Position numbers and translations under genes: made by a program
Origin: Fidelibacterota bacterium
Lineage (GTDB): Bacteria > Fidelibacterota > Marinisomatia > Marinisomatales > TCS56
Reading direction: 5' to 3'
Length of the DNA stretch: 64,000 bases
Assembly: GCA_043822705.1 (NCBI GenBank)
Contig: JBDRBK010000115.1
Coordinates: forward strand, 32,001 to 96,000
Shown: piece by piece, positions 10,562 through 19,668 of the stretch
Numbering within the stretch: position 1 is the stretch's first letter
Layout of the letters: each line of letters begins with the position of its first letter
Notes under the pieces: generated by a model
What the model saw: only the letters and a program-made list of their open reading frames with translations
The model's database searches: none
What the model was told of the DNA's origin: nothing

Positions 10562-11920
10562 TCAGAATGGCAGGGCAGCGCTACCGGCGGCGATGAATTC
10601 ACCCGGCGGTACGTCGCTAATCCGTCCCTTCCGATCGACTGGTACACCGCGGCGGATCACCAGTTCGGGAAAGATCGCCGGAAATCCGTCGAACGCATTC
10701 CAGTCCGGGTCACCGATTAAATCGGGCTGCCAGTCGTCGGTGACGCGTTCGGGGTCGACCACTACCAGGTCGGCGTCGCTGCCGGGGGCGATCAGGCCTT
10801 TCCGGGGGTACAGCCCGAATACCCGGGCGGCGTTGGTGCTGAGCAGGCGCGTCAGGAGACTAAGGTCGAGCCCGTGCCGAACGAATTCCGCCAGCAGAAC
10901 CGGGAACAGCGTCTCGACGCCGCCGATTCCGTTGGGAATATCCTGAAACGGGATATCTGGATGTTTATCCTGCAAGTGAAACGGACAGTGGTCGGTGCCG
11001 ATCACTGAAATTCGTCCGGACAGCACCGCCGCGCGCAGGACCTGGTTATCCGCCGGGCGGCGCAACGGTGGACTGGCGACGTACATCCGGCCGTCGGACC
11101 GGCGGTAGCGGGACTCATCTAACAGCAGGTACTGGGGGCAGGTCTCCAGGAGCAGTTCGAGGTGGGCTGCGGCGGCCTTTAAACCGGCGGCCGAACTCAG
11201 GTGCACGATATAGGCGGGGCAACCGGTCCGTTCGACGATCCCGGCGATGGCGGCGACGGCCTGGGCTTCGGCGCGGTCGGGCCGGCTCAATCCATGATAG
11301 AATGGTGCGATGTGACCGGCGGCGGTCAACGGCGCCTGGGCCGCGGTAATGATGGCGTCATCTTCGGCATGGACCATCAGGAGTCCGCCATGCTCGGCCA
11401 GTACTTCGGCGACCTGTTCGATTTCCCCGTAACTCAGCATCATTCCGGCTTCCCTGTAGGTGGTGAACACCTTGAAGCTGCTGACGCCGGCGGCGATCAG
11501 GTCGGGGATTTCCGCCAGCAGGTTGCGGTCGAACCTGGTTAAGTTGCAGTGCAGATGATAATCGCACATCGAACCGGCGGCGGCCCGCTGCCGGGCGGCG
11601 ATGCTGTCGTGCAGGGATTGATTCGGTTCCAGGATCGTGAAATCGATAATTGTGGTGACACCGCCGTGGAGGGCGGCTCTGCTGCCGCTGGTAAAATCGT
11701 CGGCGGACCAACCGCCCTTGATGGGGATGCCCATGTGGGTGTGGGGATCGATGATCCCCGGGAATATTAATTTCCCCTGGCAGTCGATGATCCGGGCACC
11801 GTCCGCTGCCGGAAGCGCTTTCCCGACGGCGCCGATCCGGCCGTTTTCAATCAGTACATCCTCCCGGCGGATACTATCATGATGCACAACGCGGCCGTTT
11901 TTCAAGATCATTGCCGTCAT
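10562..11920 (-). CDS. hydA: Dihydropyrimidinase / D-hydantoinase (HydA/HyuA-like)
   Basis: PGIIDPHTH, GGVTTIIDF, SFKVF, VHAED, ETCPQYL, SPPLR, GTDHCPF. Start reassigned to MTAMILKNG at 11920. Confidence 0.85.
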   Translation of the reverse strand: MTAMILKNGRVVHHDSIRREDVLIENGRIGAVGKALPAADGARIIDCQGKLIFPGIIDPHTHMGIPIKGGWSADDFTSGSRAALHGGVTTIIDFTILEPNQSLHDSIAARQRAAAGSMCDYHLHCNLTRFDRNLLAEIPDLIAAGVSSFKVFTTYREAGMMLSYGEIEQVAEVLAEHGGLLMVHAEDDAIITAAQAPLTAAGHIAPFYHGLSRPDRAEAQAVAAIAGIVERTGCPAYIVHLSSAAGLKAAAAHLELLLETCPQYLLLDESRYRRSDGRMYVASPPLRRPADNQVLRAAVLSGRISVIGTDHCPFHLQDKHPDIPFQDIPNGIGGVETLFPVLLAEFVRHGLDLSLLTRLLSTNAARVFGLYPRKGLIAPGSDADLVVVDPERVTDDWQPDLIGDPDWNAFDGFPAIFPELVIRRGVPVDRKGRISDVPPGEFIAAGSAALPF

Positions 11921-11922
11921 TT

Positions 11923-12978
11923 TCAGGGAGCCTTTGGCGCCGACAGTGACTGTGTCGACCGGTGGCCGGTACGGTAGTGCTGGATGATCTCGGATATGAC
12001 GCTGACGGCGATTTCCGGGACGGTCTCGGAAGCAATATCCAGTCCGACCGGGGCGTGAACCTGGTCTAATTGTTCCCTGCTGTAGCCCTTTCCGGCGAGC
12101 GCGTCCGCCAGAATTTTCCATTTACGCCGGCTGCTCATCAATCCCAGGTAGGCCGTATCCAACGCCAGCAACCAGCTCATGAGTTCAAAATCATGGCGGT
12201 GTCCGCGGGTGGCTACCAGGACAAAATCAGTCGTGGCGATCGCGATTTTTTGCGGCAGGTCGGTGATCGATGATGTATCCAAACGCAGGGCGTGGGGAAA
12301 ACGTTCGGTGGTAGCCAGATCGGCGCGATCGTCATAAATGAATGTATCTAATTCGATAAAATGGGCCAGTTCGGCCACCGCCTGCGCCACATGACCGGCA
12401 CCGAAGATATGCAGCCGGGCCGGCGGCGCCAGATAGTTGATGCAGTGCAACGTTTTACCGATTTCGACCGACAGGGACTGCCGCGACTGCCGGGACAGCG
12501 CCAAGGCGCGGTTGAGCTCGTCCGGCAGGTTCTCCGGTGCACCCGCTTCATCCACCAGCCAGCGCCGGACAATAGCCGGTTCAAATCCGTTGATGGCGGT
12601 TACCAATTGACGGCTGACAGCCTGCGGTTCCAGCAGGGCGACGGACCGTATCAGGTCCCGGATTGCCGGCGTGAACGGTTCGATCAGCACTTGCGTGCTG
12701 CCACCGCAAATGCCGTCGGCACCTTCGGCGCCGGTACCGCTGAGATCGTATTCCGCACGAACCGGTTGTCCGTCGGCGATGACTTTCCGGACGGCTTCGA
12801 TCACGCGGAATTCCATCGGACCGCCGCCGACCGTACCGATTGTCGTGCCATCGGCCAGGACCAGCATCAGCGGATAATCGCGCCGTGGCACCGATCCCTG
12901 CCAGTCCACCAGGGCGCACAGGGCCGCCGGTTGTTCGAAACCGTATTCGGTCAACTGCCGGTAGATGCGTTTTTCCAT
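11923..12978 (-). CDS. xdhC: XdhC/CoxI family Mo-cofactor insertion chaperone
   Basis: GSVPR, GTVGGG, CGG, IFGAGHVA, TRGH, YLGL, APVGLDI, ETVPEIAVS. Confidence 0.9.
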   Translation of the reverse strand: MEKRIYRQLTEYGFEQPAALCALVDWQGSVPRRDYPLMLVLADGTTIGTVGGGPMEFRVIEAVRKVIADGQPVRAEYDLSGTGAEGADGICGGSTQVLIEPFTPAIRDLIRSVALLEPQAVSRQLVTAINGFEPAIVRRWLVDEAGAPENLPDELNRALALSRQSRQSLSVEIGKTLHCINYLAPPARLHIFGAGHVAQAVAELAHFIELDTFIYDDRADLATTERFPHALRLDTSSITDLPQKIAIATTDFVLVATRGHRHDFELMSWLLALDTAYLGLMSSRRKWKILADALAGKGYSREQLDQVHAPVGLDIASETVPEIAVSVISEIIQHYRTGHRSTQSLSAPKAP

Positions 12979-12981
12979 GGC

Positions 12982-13785
12982 TCAGGAACGGGTGAAATTG
13001 ACATATTCCAGCACCGCTTCCAGGACGGCCCGGCCCACGGCTCGGGATTTATCGGATATGCGGTGCACATCGACCGCCTTGCCGCGGGGGTCGATATCGC
13101 CGATTTTCAGTCCTTTGGTGATGCTGACCTGCGGAGAAATCAGGCCCCGGATGACTCCCGCGATCGGCGCCTCGATCCGGTGATTGTAATTGATGGTGCC
13201 CAGCAATTCGCCGGCGCCGACCAGATTGCCGAAATCGACCCGCCACTCCAGCCGGCCCGCTTCTCGGGCTCGCAGCAAACGACGCACGGTTTCGCCGCCC
13301 AGGTCGCCGGGGATGCCGGTATCGGGCGCGGCGGAACCTTCGTAGATGATCCGCCCCAGGTCGTGCCCGCGTTTGGTTTCGATCACTGCGTGGCAGTTTG
13401 TACCAGCGGTGAAACCTGGCCCCAGCCCCACCGTATAGGCCTTCCCGACTGCGAAATCGGCCTGCTGCTGTTTCTGCATCCGGGCGTCGACTAGAATCCA
13501 CGGGCGCAGGGAAGCGATAATCGCCGGATCGTCAGTAATCAGCGGCAGGGCGCCACGGTTGCGGATGGCCCCGATACCGGCCGGTTGGCAATATTCGGCC
13601 CGCAGTCCTTCCACCGTCGCTGTACCGCTGAGCATGGCATCGCTGAAAGTCACCGTCCGCCGGATCGCCAGCGGTACCGGCAGCTCGGTCAGGATCACCG
13701 GAAAACCGCAGTGCTGCAGGCTGCTGGCGGCGGCGCTGGCCAGTTCCCCGGCACCGCGAATGACAATTATTGTGTCACTGAACAT
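12982..13785 (-). CDS. yqeB: Selenium-dependent molybdenum hydroxylase system protein YqeB
   Basis: IRGAGELAS, AIRRTV, GLGPGF, IETKRGHDLG, KIGDIDPRG, ISDKSRAVG. Confidence 0.9.
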   Translation of the reverse strand: MFSDTIIVIRGAGELASAAASSLQHCGFPVILTELPVPLAIRRTVTFSDAMLSGTATVEGLRAEYCQPAGIGAIRNRGALPLITDDPAIIASLRPWILVDARMQKQQQADFAVGKAYTVGLGPGFTAGTNCHAVIETKRGHDLGRIIYEGSAAPDTGIPGDLGGETVRRLLRAREAGRLEWRVDFGNLVGAGELLGTINYNHRIEAPIAGVIRGLISPQVSITKGLKIGDIDPRGKAVDVHRISDKSRAVGRAVLEAVLEYVNFTRS

Positions 13786-13883
13786 GACCGATTTTAAACA
13801 GAAAAGGGTGTACGTGTTAAGACGGATCTGCCCCGAAACACGCCGACGCCGCTATTTATCCGGACCGCAATCGGTTGAATTGG

Positions 13884-14846
13884 TTACGGTCGCTGTGCGG
13901 TGAAAAATTCCCGGATCAGGGTTGTGACCTGGTCGGTCGCTTCGACCCAGACCCAATGACCGGCGTTGGGCACGATTTCCAGCCGGGCGCCCGGAATGCC
14001 GTCGGCGATTGGTCGGACCCATTCCAGAGGTGTCATATCGTAGTCGCCGTAGATGATCAGGGTCGGACAGGTTATCCGGTTCAGGCCGGGAGCCAGATCA
14101 TAGTTGCGAAAAAACCGTCCCAGACCGGCATAGCGGCCGGGAACGGCCGTCCAGGTCGTATCGCGCAACCACAGGTGAATGCTGTCGGCGTAGGTCGGAT
14201 TGTAGCAGTAGGAGCGGAAGTAGACCCGCCAGAACTTTTCCCAGCTTTCGGGAAGTCGCCGTTGGAAACCGTCGCTGGCAAAAATTTCTTCCAGCGCCAG
14301 GCTATCGGCGGTGGTACGCCGGCTTTCCTTGATTGCGCTGAATGATTCCATGGCTTCCGCCCGAATCCCGGTAGTGGACATGATCACCAGGGAACTGATA
14401 TTCTCCGAATATTTCATGGCATATTGCAGCGCCAGCAGGGCGCCCCAGGAACCACCGATCAGGTTGATTTTTTCCGGGGCCAGTTGCTGCCGCAACTGTT
14501 CCAGATCTTCGACGAACTGCTCGACCGTATGGTTGGCGGTATCGGCGTCGCCGGTGGAACGGCCCGCCGCCCGCTGATCGTAGAAGATCAGACGGTACTG
14601 GTCGGCCAAATCCTGCAATTGCAGCATCGTGTCATGGGTGTCGCCGGGCCCGCCGTGCAGTATGAAAGTGGGTGTGCCGCTGCCGACGATTTTATAGTAG
14701 ATTTCGGCGCTGCCGATCCGGGCCCGACCTTCGGTGACGGATATATCCGTTTTCGACCGGCAACCGATCAAATTCAGAACGGCGAAGATAACCAGTCCGA
14801 CGCTCATCAGCGCCCGGACCGAGACGATCCTGAGTGACTGTTTCAT
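13884..14846 (-). CDS. Proline iminopeptidase-like alpha/beta hydrolase lipoprotein
   Basis: LHGGPG, YDQRAAGRS, GGSWG, GDYD, AGHW; LIGC lipobox. Confidence 0.8.
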   Translation of the reverse strand: MKQSLRIVSVRALMSVGLVIFAVLNLIGCRSKTDISVTEGRARIGSAEIYYKIVGSGTPTFILHGGPGDTHDTMLQLQDLADQYRLIFYDQRAAGRSTGDADTANHTVEQFVEDLEQLRQQLAPEKINLIGGSWGALLALQYAMKYSENISSLVIMSTTGIRAEAMESFSAIKESRRTTADSLALEEIFASDGFQRRLPESWEKFWRVYFRSYCYNPTYADSIHLWLRDTTWTAVPGRYAGLGRFFRNYDLAPGLNRITCPTLIIYGDYDMTPLEWVRPIADGIPGARLEIVPNAGHWVWVEATDQVTTLIREFFTAQRP

Positions 14847-14918
14847 CAGTTGACTCCAGATATTTGAGTGTTTCGTTTCACTTGAGCAGTAACAAATTTT
14901 CATGGAATAAATATTAAT

Positions 14919-16151
14919 CTAAGGCAGCAGTACATAGCCGAAGCCTAACTCCTGACGCGGTACTGCCGCGAATTCCAGTTTGACCACCGTAATCCCGGCG
15001 ATCCGGTCGGGACTCATCGCCGGCAGGTCCAGCAGCCGCAGATGTTCACCGGTCTGTTCGAATCTGATTGCCGTGCCGTTCGCCAGCAACGTGGCCCGGT
15101 CCAGTTTGGTCTTAAACCCGGCCAGTGTGATTTGTCCTCCCGGCCAGCGGTCGCACCAGAAATAAGCCGTGTTTCCTTTGCGGGTCCAGGCACCCAGGGG
15201 ATTGACTTCAAAACAGTCGTCGTTGCGATCGATGCCGCCATAGAGCGCTGCGCCATTTTGTTTAAGCCAGCGACCGACCGTAGCCAGTCGTTCCAGCGCT
15301 TCCGGCGGGACGGAACCGTCGGGAGCCGGACCGATATTCAACAGCAGATTACCGCCGCCGGCCGTGACCTGCTGGAGCATGCTCAACACCTTGCGGGCGC
15401 TGTGCCAGTCCTCCGGCGGGGCGTAGGGCAGGCAGCCCCAGGCGCCGTTAAAGGTCATGCAGGATTCCCAGGGGCGATCGGCTTCGGCCGGCCGGATCGC
15501 CTCTTCCGGGGTGGAGAAATCTTCCGGCAGCATGGCCCGGTCGTTGATAAGTATTTGCGGCTGGAGCGTTCGAACCATTGAATTCAATTCAGTACTCTCC
15601 CAGGCAGTCGCGGTGGGCAGAGGCCAGGGTACGTCGTACCAGAGAATATCGATTTTGCCGTAATTGGTCATCAGTTCACGCACGCAGCCGTGGGTGAAAT
15701 CAACAAACCGGCGGCGGGCGGCTTCGTCATTAGCGCAATTTGCACCATCGGGATGGTGCCAATCCATCAGCGAGTAATAAAAGCCGATTTTGAGGTCGAA
15801 TTCCCGGCCGGCTTCCACGAATTCCCGGACCAGGTCCCGGCCCGGTCCGCGCCGGACCGAATTGTATTCGGTCTGAGCGGTATCCCAGAGACAGTAACCG
15901 TCGTGGTGTTTGGTGGTGAAAACCAGGTACTTCATTCCCGATTCGCGGGCCAGCCGGGCCCAATTCCGGGCGGGTGTTTCAGCGGGCTGCCAATCGTCAG
16001 CCAGCCGCTCGTAGTCTGCAACCGGAATCCGCTCCTTGTTCATCACCCATTCGTGGCGGCCCAGACGCGAATACAGACCCCAGTGGACGAACATTCCGAA
16101 ACGGGCGACCTGCCACCAGGCCAGATGATCGTTCCGCTGCAATTTATTCAT
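14919..16151 (-). CDS. Alpha-L-fucosidase (GH29)
   Basis: ARFGMFVHWG, TTKHHDG, YYSLMDW, ILWYD, NLLLNIGP. Confidence 0.9.
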   Translation of the reverse strand: MNKLQRNDHLAWWQVARFGMFVHWGLYSRLGRHEWVMNKERIPVADYERLADDWQPAETPARNWARLARESGMKYLVFTTKHHDGYCLWDTAQTEYNSVRRGPGRDLVREFVEAGREFDLKIGFYYSLMDWHHPDGANCANDEAARRRFVDFTHGCVRELMTNYGKIDILWYDVPWPLPTATAWESTELNSMVRTLQPQILINDRAMLPEDFSTPEEAIRPAEADRPWESCMTFNGAWGCLPYAPPEDWHSARKVLSMLQQVTAGGGNLLLNIGPAPDGSVPPEALERLATVGRWLKQNGAALYGGIDRNDDCFEVNPLGAWTRKGNTAYFWCDRWPGGQITLAGFKTKLDRATLLANGTAIRFEQTGEHLRLLDLPAMSPDRIAGITVVKLEFAAVPRQELGFGYVLLP

Positions 16152-16212
16152 GCGACACCGGTCGCCGGATCATTATATTTTCCAATTTTCAATATCCCCC
16201 CGGGTCTTTGGT

Positions 16213-16950
16213 TTATTTCAAATCAAGGATCGACAGCATGCTGGTCGACGGCAGGTGTTCGCGAATGTAAGCGATCTGTTCGCTGTCGCCGTATTCGTCA
16301 TTTTCGGGCAGCCAGTGGATCGGCACAATTATTTGTGGTTTTACCGCTATAGCGAATTCCACCACATCCTGCCCGGACAGGCCATAGGGCTTACGAACAT
16401 TCAGTACGGCGATATCGATGCCGGAGAGGGCCAGTGCTTCCGGGGTGGGGCCGGTGTCGCCGGAAATATAGCAGCGCACACCGTCCAACGTGAACAGATA
16501 ACCCAGTCCGCCTGCTTCGGCGGGGTGGGCCGCGCAACCGTAGGCCGGAATTGCATCGATGACGAAATCATTCACTGACGCCGGTTTTCCCGGCAGTACC
16601 AATGCTGTTTTGGCCTGCGGCAGCGCTTCCTGCACCGTTTGCAGATCAGGGGTAATAATCACCGTGGCGGGAGTCAGCAATGGGCCGATCGTGGCCGGTG
16701 AAAAATGATCGCCGTGGAAATGGGTCAGCAGGATGACGTCGGCCGGGGGCAGGGTATCAATGTTTACGAGATCAACCGGATCAACATAGATAGTCAGTTC
16801 AGCGGTCTGTATTTTGACGGCGGTACTGCCGTAGGGATGCGTGGACGCCAACCAGGTGATTTTTTCCAGCATGGCTGATGGTGACTTAGCGCAGCCGGCC
16901 AAAACAATAATCAGCACTAAGATGAAAAATCCTTGGATTGCTACTTTCAA
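16213..16950 (-). CDS. MBL-fold metallo-hydrolase lipoprotein
   Basis: THFHGDH, YISGDT, VPIHW; LAGC lipobox. Confidence 0.8.
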   Translation of the reverse strand: MKVAIQGFFILVLIIVLAGCAKSPSAMLEKITWLASTHPYGSTAVKIQTAELTIYVDPVDLVNIDTLPPADVILLTHFHGDHFSPATIGPLLTPATVIITPDLQTVQEALPQAKTALVLPGKPASVNDFVIDAIPAYGCAAHPAEAGGLGYLFTLDGVRCYISGDTGPTPEALALSGIDIAVLNVRKPYGLSGQDVVEFAIAVKPQIIVPIHWLPENDEYGDSEQIAYIREHLPSTSMLSILDLK

Positions 16951-17235
16951 TGGTTTTTCCCTCCGCAGTATTTTGACTTAATTCCAGCAGACTTTACGGT
17001 CTAATCGGATCATGATCAAGAGTTTAATCGATAAGCGGTTGACTCTGCCGGTCAGCCGGTAATGACTCTAAATTGCTGGTTGCCGGAACTTCGTTGGCGC
17101 CGGACTATTCCCGCTAAGCCCATTGGCGAAAACCGGGAATTACCAAATGACCGTTTCGACTGTAAATTTGACCGACTGATAACATCAGCATGTCATTCGA
17201 AATAGTCAAATTCTGATCGAAATACGATTATTATT

Positions 17236-18426
17236 ATGTTTGAACCGAATCGTTCCACTGGTCGGCTGGCCGGCATTCTGCTGGTCATCTTGATAGTCGG
17301 GGCCTGTGACAAGAATTCCGACGATCCCGCCGGCACTTTTTCAAAGACCTTCGGATTCGAATATCAGGATGAGGGAGCGGCCGTGCAACAGACAGCGGCT
17401 GGCGGCTATATCATTGTCGGGACGACCAATTCCTATCAGACCCTGGCGGATGTCTGGCTGCTAAAGACCGACCGGTACGGTGAGGAAGAATGGTCACAGG
17501 TGTTTGGCGGGTCTGGTTTTGATCGCGGCCTGGCCCTCGATCAGACCGCCGATGGCGGCTTTATCATCGGCGGTTATACCGAATCGTCCGGTGCCGGTTT
17601 GAAGGATGCCTGGATCATTAAAACCGATTCCCGGGGCAACCGGCAATGGGATAAAATCTACGGCGCTGCCAATGATGATATCTGTTACGACATCAAACAA
17701 ACCGGTGACGGCGGATATATCATTTGTGGAACTACAACACAGGCGGGTCAGGGGCTCAGCGATATCTGGTTGATCAGAACCGACCCGGGTGGTGAGCGGC
17801 AATGGAACCAAACCTATGGTTACAGCGGGTCGGCCGATCAGGGTTACGCGGTGCTGGAAACCCTGACCGGTGATTTTGTTGTGGTCGGCTATACGTCGCC
17901 GGGGGACTTTGGTTTCTCCGATTTGCGCCTGCTGCGGACTGATAATCAGGGTGCCATAATCTGGGATATAATTTATGGCGGTGACGATTATGACGAGGGG
18001 TATTCGGTTTGTGAGACCAGCGACGGCGGGTGGGTGCTGGCCGGTTCGGCTGAATCCTACGGCAATGGTCTGGATGACATCTGGCTGATCAAGCTGGACG
18101 CCGACGGCGAAATCGCCTGGGAACGGGTTTTCGGCGGCGATGGTCGCGACCTGGCCCGGTCCGTCGTGGAGACTTTTGACGGCGGCTTTATCGTGGTTGG
18201 CGCGACCAATTCGTTCAACACCGGCGATTACGATGTCTGGGTCGTCAAGACCGATAGCAGCGGCTCTCAGCTTTGGAACAAAAGTTACGGCGGTGAGCTT
18301 GACGATGGTGGGAATTCGATCTGCCGGACAGCGGACGGCGGCTATATAATCACCGGCTATACCAACTCAGCCGGAAACGGCGGCGACTTGTGGCTGCTTA
18401 AAATCGATTCGCAGGGGAATTACTGA
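17236..18426 (+). CDS. Beta-propeller repeat lipoprotein
   Basis: About seven ~50-aa repeats QT.DGG[YF]II.G...D.WL.KTD..G..W; VGAC lipobox. Confidence 0.75.
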   Translation: MFEPNRSTGRLAGILLVILIVGACDKNSDDPAGTFSKTFGFEYQDEGAAVQQTAAGGYIIVGTTNSYQTLADVWLLKTDRYGEEEWSQVFGGSGFDRGLALDQTADGGFIIGGYTESSGAGLKDAWIIKTDSRGNRQWDKIYGAANDDICYDIKQTGDGGYIICGTTTQAGQGLSDIWLIRTDPGGERQWNQTYGYSGSADQGYAVLETLTGDFVVVGYTSPGDFGFSDLRLLRTDNQGAIIWDIIYGGDDYDEGYSVCETSDGGWVLAGSAESYGNGLDDIWLIKLDADGEIAWERVFGGDGRDLARSVVETFDGGFIVVGATNSFNTGDYDVWVVKTDSSGSQLWNKSYGGELDDGGNSICRTADGGYIITGYTNSAGNGGDLWLLKIDSQGNY

Positions 18427-18518
18427 CGGCAGCCGCCGGGGCGGTTATTTTGTAATTGGTTTGATCAGACCGTCTCCGCCGGTGGATTGTTCATCATGCG
18501 ATCATTTTAACAAATTAT

Positions 18519-18548
18519 TGTAGGGGCACAGCATGCTGTGCCCCTACA
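18519..18548. repeat. GTAG-type REP-like perfect palindrome
   Basis: TGTAGGGGCACAGCA|TGCTGTGCCCCTACA, 30-bp perfect palindrome. Confidence 0.8.
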
Positions 18549-18564
18549 GCATTATTATCATCAC

Positions 18565-18963
18565 GGGCAGCAACCCGAAGCGTTGGGGAACCATCCCGAA
18601 CCCTTCGGGAACCAACCCGGAGCTTTGGGGAACCAACCCGGAGCTTTGGGGAACCAACCCGGAGCTTTGGGGAACCGACCCGAAACGTCGGGGAACCATC
18701 CCAATCCTTTCGGGAACCATCCCAATCCTTTCGGGAACCAACCCGGAGCTTTGGGGAACCATCCCAATCCTTTCGGGAACCGACCCGAAGCGTCGGGGAA
18801 CCATCCCGAACCCTTCGGGAACCGACCCGGAGCGTCGGGGAACCATCCCAATCCTTTCGGGAACCATCCCGAAGCGTCGGGGAACCAACCCGAAGTGTTG
18901 GGGAACCAACCCAATCCTTTCGGGAACCGACCCGGAGTATCGGGGAACCAACCCAATCCTTGC
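18565..18963. repeat. Tandem array, 19 x 21 bp: GGGAACCNNCCC + 9 variable nt
   Basis: Units counted by hand in exact 21-bp register from 18565; a partial 20th unit starts at 18964. Confidence 0.95.
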
Positions 18964-19143
18964 GGGCAGCAATTCCGGGATTTGTGTAAAATGAAAATAA
19001 TGTGTTAAATTAATTACACCACCGGGGGCGAGGAATCCCGGTGAAGAAATACTTTCATATTGATTGATAGTCTGACTCCGGTCCGCCGGAGATTACCTGT
19101 AAATACGCTTGAAAGTAGTAATCTTTAGCTAAGGAGGGTAACA

Positions 19144-19458
19144 ATGGGTACACCAACTTTCGCCGAAACCATCAGTAACGGGAAGGTCATGCTCAGCGGC
19201 CTGCGGGCCCACGCCGCGGCCCTGGCCGTCCGGGGTATCGACGCCGAATTTATCGGCGGCTTTGAAACTGATATCAACGCCTGCGAGCAACTGAACAACG
19301 AACAGGAAGCCCTGAAAGCCGGGCTGAAAGCCAAGACGGCGGAACTGAACCAGCAGATGCAAAGCCTGAAAGCGCGCTACGGCGAAGCCAATCAACTGGT
19401 GAAAATCACCATCGATCATTCGCTTTGGCTGGAGTTCGGCATTACCGCCAAACGTTAG
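19144..19458 (+). CDS. Small helical/coiled-coil hypothetical protein (104 aa)
   Basis: Strong RBS AAGGAGG at 19131; heptad-like NNEQEALKAGLKAKTAELNQQMQSLKARY; C-terminal WLEFGITAKR. Confidence 0.8.
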   Translation: MGTPTFAETISNGKVMLSGLRAHAAALAVRGIDAEFIGGFETDINACEQLNNEQEALKAGLKAKTAELNQQMQSLKARYGEANQLVKITIDHSLWLEFGITAKR

Positions 19459-19626
19459 GCCGTTGGGTGCGACGTTCCCGACACCGGGCTCCCGCCGGCA
19501 GGCGTTCGGTTGACAATGATCTCTCTCATCAGGTGCCAGTTAAACCGGACGAAAATACTTGATTCCGAGCGGAATTTGGTATAGCTTCGGTTGTCGGTAA
19601 AACAAGACTTGATTACGCCCAACGGC
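19459..19626 (+). ncRNA. Candidate multibranched structured RNA (3' trailer or sRNA), family not recognised
   Basis: Nested helices found by hand, with all G-U wobbles valid on the + strand (see findings). Confidence 0.45.
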
Positions 19627-19668
19627 AATGATTTTTTCGAAAGTCAGCGACCCGCGGGCGTATTTTTT

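Noticed and set aside
11921..12121. N-terminal extension of hydA in the ORF track
   Set aside because: It overlaps xdhC; family-like sequence starts at 11920. Similar over-long starts were trimmed for rlmI, ygeY, ygeW, the 2Fe-2S gene and the SRPBCC gene.
18565..18963. CRISPR or TIGR-type guide array
   Set aside because: The variable 9-mers recur and are mutually similar, the 21-nt period is too short, and no cas or Nop-domain gene is in the window.
18533..19008. Four overlapping repeat ORFs across the 21-bp array
   Set aside because: Open frames on both strands follow from a stop-free 21-bp unit. The + strand starts lie inside the REP palindrome with no RBS. Not called as CDS, though translation is not excluded.
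19474..19493. tracrRNA-like anti-repeat (GTTCCCGA complementary to array TCGGGAAC)
   Set aside because: Only 8 contiguous nt in GC-rich sequence, partly buried in helix P2; too weak to claim.
19495..19560. Hammerhead ribozyme (GGACGAAA on +, CTGATGAG on -)
   Set aside because: The two conserved boxes are on opposite strands, and neither strand has both flanking a stem II.
19454..19626. Integron attC site (GTTAGGC/GTTGGGT ... GCCCAAC)
   Set aside because: The core sites are in the reverse order for an attC (RYYYAAC should come first), and there is no integrase or cassette array.
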